Below are positions 32,178-37,183 of a stretch of 37,183 nt of DNA, piece after piece. How positions within the stretch are numbered: position 1 is the stretch's first letter; each line of letters opens with the position of its first letter. The notes beneath the pieces are model-generated. The model searched no databases. It was not told the DNA's origin and was given only the letters and a program-made list of their open reading frames with translations. The stretch is from a virus. Its lineage: Duplodnaviria > Caudoviricetes. The translations under genes and the position numbers were made by a program. The DNA is taken from the IMG/VR virus record IMGVR_UViG_3300044724_005005, positions 1-37,183 of that record; one strand, 5' to 3'.

Positions 32178-35100
32178 TCAAGAAAATTTAGGCCACAAGC
32201 CCGTACTTAAGTAAGCAAACACCGCTGCTTCCTTGATTTTGAAATCATAGCCACCTTCAGGGCGTTCCGATCTCCACGGCTTCAAAAGATCATTTGATAA
32301 CCAGTTAACAGGTCTAGAGCTACCCAACACAACAATCTCAGATTCTTCACCCTGACCTAAAGAACCAGTGATAATACGAGGATTATCAAGATATCCGATA
32401 CCCATAATAAGTTGAGCAGGAACCACATCATGCTGAAGAACGTGGGTAGGCTCACCCAGTTCACCGGCCTCCGCCATCTCTTCTATCCTATCGTCAGCAG
32501 TACCAAACTTATTGCCAGCAAACCCCAAAGCAATCCCTATGTCAGTACTCCACGACTCCAAACCGCGAGTCACAGATGGTTCACGTCCACTAGGAAGCCC
32601 GTCGTCATCCCCAACAACATTCGGGATGTAAGTACCTCTAAACACACTAAGTTCAGTAATACCCGCATCTTCCAAGTATTTCTGTGTTGTGGAATACTGA
32701 CCTCTAACCCAAGCATCAATAAACGGTGTCAGAAGTTCTTGAATTTCAAAAATTTCTTCTATACCGGCATCAATCTCTGAGGGTTCATGAGAAACATCAA
32801 TATCAAACTCTTCTCCCAAAACTGTTTTAACACGTTCAGATAAGAAGTCCCAATGAAACACTTCACTTCTAGCTTCACCCCAATGGATTTGAATAGCTTT
32901 AGCAATCCGACTCCCCACCCATTCTTCATTCTCAGCCACTTCTTTTTCATACTCTCTCATTTGTGAAGGAGTAAAACCAGTAGTGTCTCGTTGACGTGAA
33001 GTAATTAAATCATTTATTGCAGCAAAAATTTCATACGTTGCATCAGTACGTTGTTTACCAGAAAGAGAACCACCAAGCTCAAACGCTTCCTCTAACTTCT
33101 TCTGTAACGGCAACAAATCATCCTCAGTAGACAATTCCGCCACCACCGTTTTTAATGCTTTCTGATCTTCCCTTAAATGCACACCATCCACAACATCAGC
33201 CACAGGACGAGGCTTTCCTTCATGAATATCTGGAACAGAAGAGCCAGTCAAACGATCTTTATCCCAACCCGTCAATTTATCAGGCCCAGGAGGAAGCCCG
33301 AAATCTGGCGCAGACGAACGAACCGTATCCAACTCGTCAAGCGTGGCAGTCATATCATCCACAACCGTGGGACGAGCTTCGCTTTGAACAATATCTACAG
33401 CTTCAGGAATAGTACGCCACTCGCCCATTCCCTCAACCTGCCAGCCTCGTGTACCCGCACGTGACGGATTAACCGTAACGACACCAACCTCATTAGGGTC
33501 AAGATCAGCGTACGCCTGATAATTGGGATTCCAAAACAGAGGATCGGGACGATTCGGAACATTGTACTGGCGCCAATACGAATAATCTTTATAGAACTCT
33601 CCACGCTCTTCCATCGTGGCTGGAGCAGCCGATAAAAGTTTCTCTCTCACATTTTCAGGCATACTCGTGTCCCATATAGCGATCTCTGACTTCATTCGCT
33701 CCACGGCAGCCGGACCCGTATCATCACGGACAGCTTCACGCATCTCATGAATGCCACGAACGATCGAATCCGCAACCAAAGGATCAGTCGTAAAGCTAAT
33801 AGCGTCGGATACGCCGCCGCCCAACCCTGCGGGAGCTTCACCTGATTCGTCTCTTAACTGGGCACGAGTTTTAAACCCTTCATCTTGCAAACCGCTCAAA
33901 CCTGTTGTCACATGCAACAGCCCGTCCGGAAGATCCTTCCACGTACCCCGCTCCGGCCTAGCATACCTGCCGTACCTCTCAACAGCCTGCACAAGCTCTC
34001 CCTCTACAGGTAAAACATCTGCAGGAATAGCTCCTTCTTCTTGTACGACTTGAATAACCGTGGTGTCGGTGCTGCCAAACTTTCTTGAACCAACAACTCG
34101 GAATTTACCGCCGCCAACCACTTCAGCCAGCTTGTTTTCATCCCAGCGCCAGCGGGTAACGTCCATAACCATGAACTGCTTTCGATCCTCGGGCAGAACC
34201 TCCAACAACACAGGCAGCCCCTCGGTCTGGGTGTTGCGGCTGATAAAGCTGTTCGCATCATCAACACTACCACCCCAAGAACGAACTTCCATCGTAATCT
34301 CCTCGCCTGGACTAGGAATCCTAGACAATCTCGTACCCCGATAGAAAGGATATTTCTCGCCAGCGAGCGGATTATTCTCCTGCATCTTAGCCACAATGAA
34401 CGCTGCTGCTTGACCCCGAGCGGTATCTCTCACTGCGCCACCCGCTTTCAAATCTCTGATCTCGCTCAGAATCGGCTCAATTTCGCTCGCCTTAGACCAC
34501 ATATCGAAAACACCATCTCGGGGCGAAGCCTTACGAAATTCGAGATAAGGGCGAGGATCAAACCGGTCAGCGCCCCTAGGTCTATCAATCCGACGTAAAG
34601 CAATAGCCTCAGTAACTTCAGCTCTCCACGCCCGTGATATTGCTGAACTAAGCACCTGAATCGCTGATACATCATCATTTGGTAAATCACTCAGAACTCC
34701 GTAATCAGCAATACCGGGTTCCTCATCTAGAAGCACCGGCAAAAAATCATCACCAATAACTTGCGTCTTAAACAACTCAGGACGCTCTCTCAATAATTCA
34801 ACACCACGCTCCCATCTTGCCTTCCCCTCTTCAGTAGAGCCGACAGGAGGAGGCCCAGGAACCCAAAAACCGCCATCATCAGTTTCAAAAACACCTCCCC
34901 CAGGAATATCCGTAGACTCCGGAACCACATCAACGAACGAACGGGCCATAAACGAAGCCACTTCATCCCCAGCATCATCTAAATCATCAATCGTAGCAGC
35001 AGCATCAGCAGCTACTGCGTCGATAGACTGTCCGGCTCGTTCTGCTGCACGCTGTGCTTTGATGGCAGCAACTTCACTCTCAGGCGTAAGATCCGTAAGC

Positions 35101-37183
35101 ACCTCACGAGCGTGCCTAGCCCTAGAGCCTTCACGGTCATCAATCGAAGCAATAATCTCGTCTGTTACAAAGTTTCCAAAAATCTGAGCTTCAATATAGT
35201 CGTGGCCGTACTGCTGAATTTTTTCTTCTTTCGCCAAATCCTTTCCCATTCGCGAATCGCTTAAGAATCTTGAATCATGTCCACGAATAGCCATAGCTAG
35301 CAGCTTCTCACCTCTATTTGAACCATTCGGATTTGACTCAGCTCTGCCCGCAAGATTCAACAGTTGCTGATCGGTCATAGTCGGGCGATACCCCACCGGC
35401 CTTCCAGCACCATTGATAGTGTCGCCTTCTGTAAACGATGAACGCAACATAACTTTCGGATCAAGAAGCATCATATCTTTACCCCAATTATCACCCCTCA
35501 GTTGCTCAAGCTCATTCTTAACTACATCATATGCAAAAACTTTTGGGCCGTATTTCTCGATAATTTTTGCATTAACTGCATCAGCAACAATTTGCATAGC
35601 CTCCTCATCCGGCAAATCACCAGAGCTTGTTACACCCGGATACAACTCTCCCAGAGTTTCACGAGCTACTTCTAGAACGTCGTCTCTATATTCTTCCTTG
35701 ATACCACCTAGCTCAAGACCTTTTGCAGTACCATCAGCGTCGTATTTAATTACAGCCCCTTTACCCTCCAACGCCTTTCTACGTGCTTCACGACGCGCCG
35801 CACCAGACACAATATATCCGTAAACCGGACGCAAATGCCCAGGCACGTCAGTATGTAAACCCATTAATGCCGCTTCAGATTCTACCCTAACCCGAGCACC
35901 GCCAGTTTTCCACCTACCATCACCAGGGCCAAGAAGCCCACGCTCCTCAGCAGCAAGAGCATTTAAATAAGCCCCGGCGTCTTCAATTCTCTCCAATTTA
36001 CCGTCGGCATTCACAGCAATAGTAGTGTCAGGATCATCAAAAATATCACGCATAAAATCAATCAGAAGTTGTTTAGCTTCCTCAGGAGAAACAGACTCAA
36101 GTGCTTCAATTGTCGCCTCTAGCTCAGCAATCCGCCTATCATTCTCAAATTTACCAAACTCGCTCTTAGGAGTCTGATTCTTCCAAAATTCTAGACTTTC
36201 CCTTGCCGCCTTTAACATAGAATCCAACATGTCTGCGATTTGAGCAGTATCTACAGGCTTAGACCTATGCCTATACGGATCGTAAGCATTAGGACCCCAC
36301 TGCATAATAGCATCATATTTAGCTTTCATCTCATCAGCAGACAAACCATCCATACCTGCAAGATCAAAACCATACGTGGCAAGCTCCTCCAAAATACTTG
36401 CGTTCCTAGCCATAACAGGATCATCCGCCGTAGCAGCATCCAACTCGCCCGCATCAGCAAACCCCAACTGACGGGCAATATCGTCACGAGTCACCGGATC
36501 AGGAACATACGAATCATCCACACCATCAAAAAACTCACGCCTAACAGGAATAGCGCCCACACGAAGACTCTCAACAGTGTCATCAATATCATCAACCGAA
36601 GCCGAAACATCAGACGCAACATCACGCAACGCACTATCTAAACCGGCTTGTGCCGCCCCCACAGCATCATCAATATCAGACAACGACGCAGCAGCGTCAG
36701 CAAACGCAGCACGCAAAACATCCCCAGACCCGTCAGAACCCTCATAAATTCTCGAAAACGCCGGAGTCATGCCGTCAATCAAAATCTCAGAATTCGGGAA
36801 CGGAATACCCTTCGCATCCAAACGAGCCATCTCGGCATAAACCTCAGAAATAAGCCGCCAACGTTCCTCCTTCAACGCCACCTCAGGATCAACCGACTCA
36901 ACAGGTTTCTTAACCCGTGCAGCATACAACTGAACCAGCTTACGACGAGCAGCCTCATCACGATCAGTACCAGTCACACCCAACAACTCGCCCAAATAAG
37001 CGAACTCGTGCATCCGCAAATCAGCCTTATCTACGCCCTCGAAATACTCCAACAAGAACGGCGTAGACAACGTAAGCCACTCATCAAACGCCGCAGCCAT
37101 CTCCGGAGAAGACAACAACGAAGCCGCAGCCTGAGGATCCTTACCGGCCTTAGCCAAAAGGAAATCAACCCTATGGAAACCCT
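32178..37183 (-). CDS. Large polyvalent protein with multiple ART-like domains (5'-truncated by the window)
   Basis: Frame is open to the window edge (...GFHRVDFLLAKAGKD); RPVYG/FTEGD/YIEAQIFG, FYRG/RSW/AEVV, LHVTT/ISFT/GEWR and VFRG/ESWST/EESEIVV motif sets. Confidence 0.8.
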   Translation of the reverse strand, partial: GFHRVDFLLAKAGKDPQAAASLLSSPEMAAAFDEWLTLSTPFLLEYFEGVDKADLRMHEFAYLGELLGVTGTDRDEAARRKLVQLYAARVKKPVESVDPEVALKEERWRLISEVYAEMARLDAKGIPFPNSEILIDGMTPAFSRIYEGSDGSGDVLRAAFADAAASLSDIDDAVGAAQAGLDSALRDVASDVSASVDDIDDTVESLRVGAIPVRREFFDGVDDSYVPDPVTRDDIARQLGFADAGELDAATADDPVMARNASILEELATYGFDLAGMDGLSADEMKAKYDAIMQWGPNAYDPYRHRSKPVDTAQIADMLDSMLKAARESLEFWKNQTPKSEFGKFENDRRIAELEATIEALESVSPEEAKQLLIDFMRDIFDDPDTTIAVNADGKLERIEDAGAYLNALAAEERGLLGPGDGRWKTGGARVRVESEAALMGLHTDVPGHLRPVYGYIVSGAARREARRKALEGKGAVIKYDADGTAKGLELGGIKEEYRDDVLEVARETLGELYPGVTSSGDLPDEEAMQIVADAVNAKIIEKYGPKVFAYDVVKNELEQLRGDNWGKDMMLLDPKVMLRSSFTEGDTINGAGRPVGYRPTMTDQQLLNLAGRAESNPNGSNRGEKLLAMAIRGHDSRFLSDSRMGKDLAKEEKIQQYGHDYIEAQIFGNFVTDEIIASIDDREGSRARHAREVLTDLTPESEVAAIKAQRAAERAGQSIDAVAADAAATIDDLDDAGDEVASFMARSFVDVVPESTDIPGGGVFETDDGGFWVPGPPPVGSTEEGKARWERGVELLRERPELFKTQVIGDDFLPVLLDEEPGIADYGVLSDLPNDDVSAIQVLSSAISRAWRAEVTEAIALRRIDRPRGADRFDPRPYLEFRKASPRDGVFDMWSKASEIEPILSEIRDLKAGGAVRDTARGQAAAFIVAKMQENNPLAGEKYPFYRGTRLSRIPSPGEEITMEVRSWGGSVDDANSFISRNTQTEGLPVLLEVLPEDRKQFMVMDVTRWRWDENKLAEVVGGGKFRVVGSRKFGSTDTTVIQVVQEEGAIPADVLPVEGELVQAVERYGRYARPERGTWKDLPDGLLHVTTGLSGLQDEGFKTRAQLRDESGEAPAGLGGGVSDAISFTTDPLVADSIVRGIHEMREAVRDDTGPAAVERMKSEIAIWDTSMPENVREKLLSAAPATMEERGEFYKDYSYWRQYNVPNRPDPLFWNPNYQAYADLDPNEVGVVTVNPSRAGTRGWQVEGMGEWRTIPEAVDIVQSEARPTVVDDMTATLDELDTVRSSAPDFGLPPGPDKLTGWDKDRLTGSSVPDIHEGKPRPVADVVDGVHLREDQKALKTVVAELSTEDDLLPLQKKLEEAFELGGSLSGKQRTDATYEIFAAINDLITSRQRDTTGFTPSQMREYEKEVAENEEWVGSRIAKAIQIHWGEARSEVFHWDFLSERVKTVLGEEFDIDVSHEPSEIDAGIEEIFEIQELLTPFIDAWVRGQYSTTQKYLEDAGITELSVFRGTYIPNVVGDDDGLPSGREPSVTRGLESWSTDIGIALGFAGNKFGTADDRIEEMAEAGELGEPTHVLQHDVVPAQLIMGIGYLDNPRIITGSLGQGEESEIVVLGSSRPVNWLSNDLLKPWRSERPEGGYDFKIKEAAVFAYLSTGLWPKFS

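Noticed and set aside
307-36853. All plus-strand ORFs in the track (e.g. 4470-5246, 14825-15526, 21042-21743, 27883-28110)
   Set aside because: They are antisense shadows of well-supported minus-strand genes, with R/S/T/I-biased composition, no RBS and no recognisable motifs.
1-37183. CRISPR array, introns or inteins, IS elements
   Set aside because: No regularly spaced repeat-spacer units, no interrupted conserved genes, no intein-like termini and no transposase were seen.

Overview
The window is a 37 kb segment of a large tailed dsDNA phage with a contractile (myovirus-type) tail. All credible genes are on the minus strand. In transcription order (right to left) it encodes: a >1,660-aa polyvalent protein, truncated by the window edge, with about four tandem ADP-ribosyltransferase(ART)-like domains separated by a repeated acidic linker; two small ORFs; tail sheath; tail tube; an M15 endolysin with its own terminator and promoter; a tail assembly chaperone with an unannotated -1 frame extension; tape measure; tube initiator; baseplate hub; and a spike/fibre fusion. 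A ~9 kb non-structural block then interrupts the baseplate genes (lipoprotein transglycosylase, PG-binding protein, HTH, DnaQ-like exonuclease, GMP reductase/IMPDH, family A DNA polymerase, sigma-70 factor, tRNA-Leu(UAA), lipoprotein, DenV-like glycosylase). After it come gp25, baseplate J, a large wedge protein, and fibre/accessory genes. An actinobacterial host is inferred, not shown, from the actinophage-like PolA motif B, a leaderless promoter, a CCA-less tRNA and the UUA-decoding tRNA. All protein family calls come from motif recognition by eye; no searches were run.
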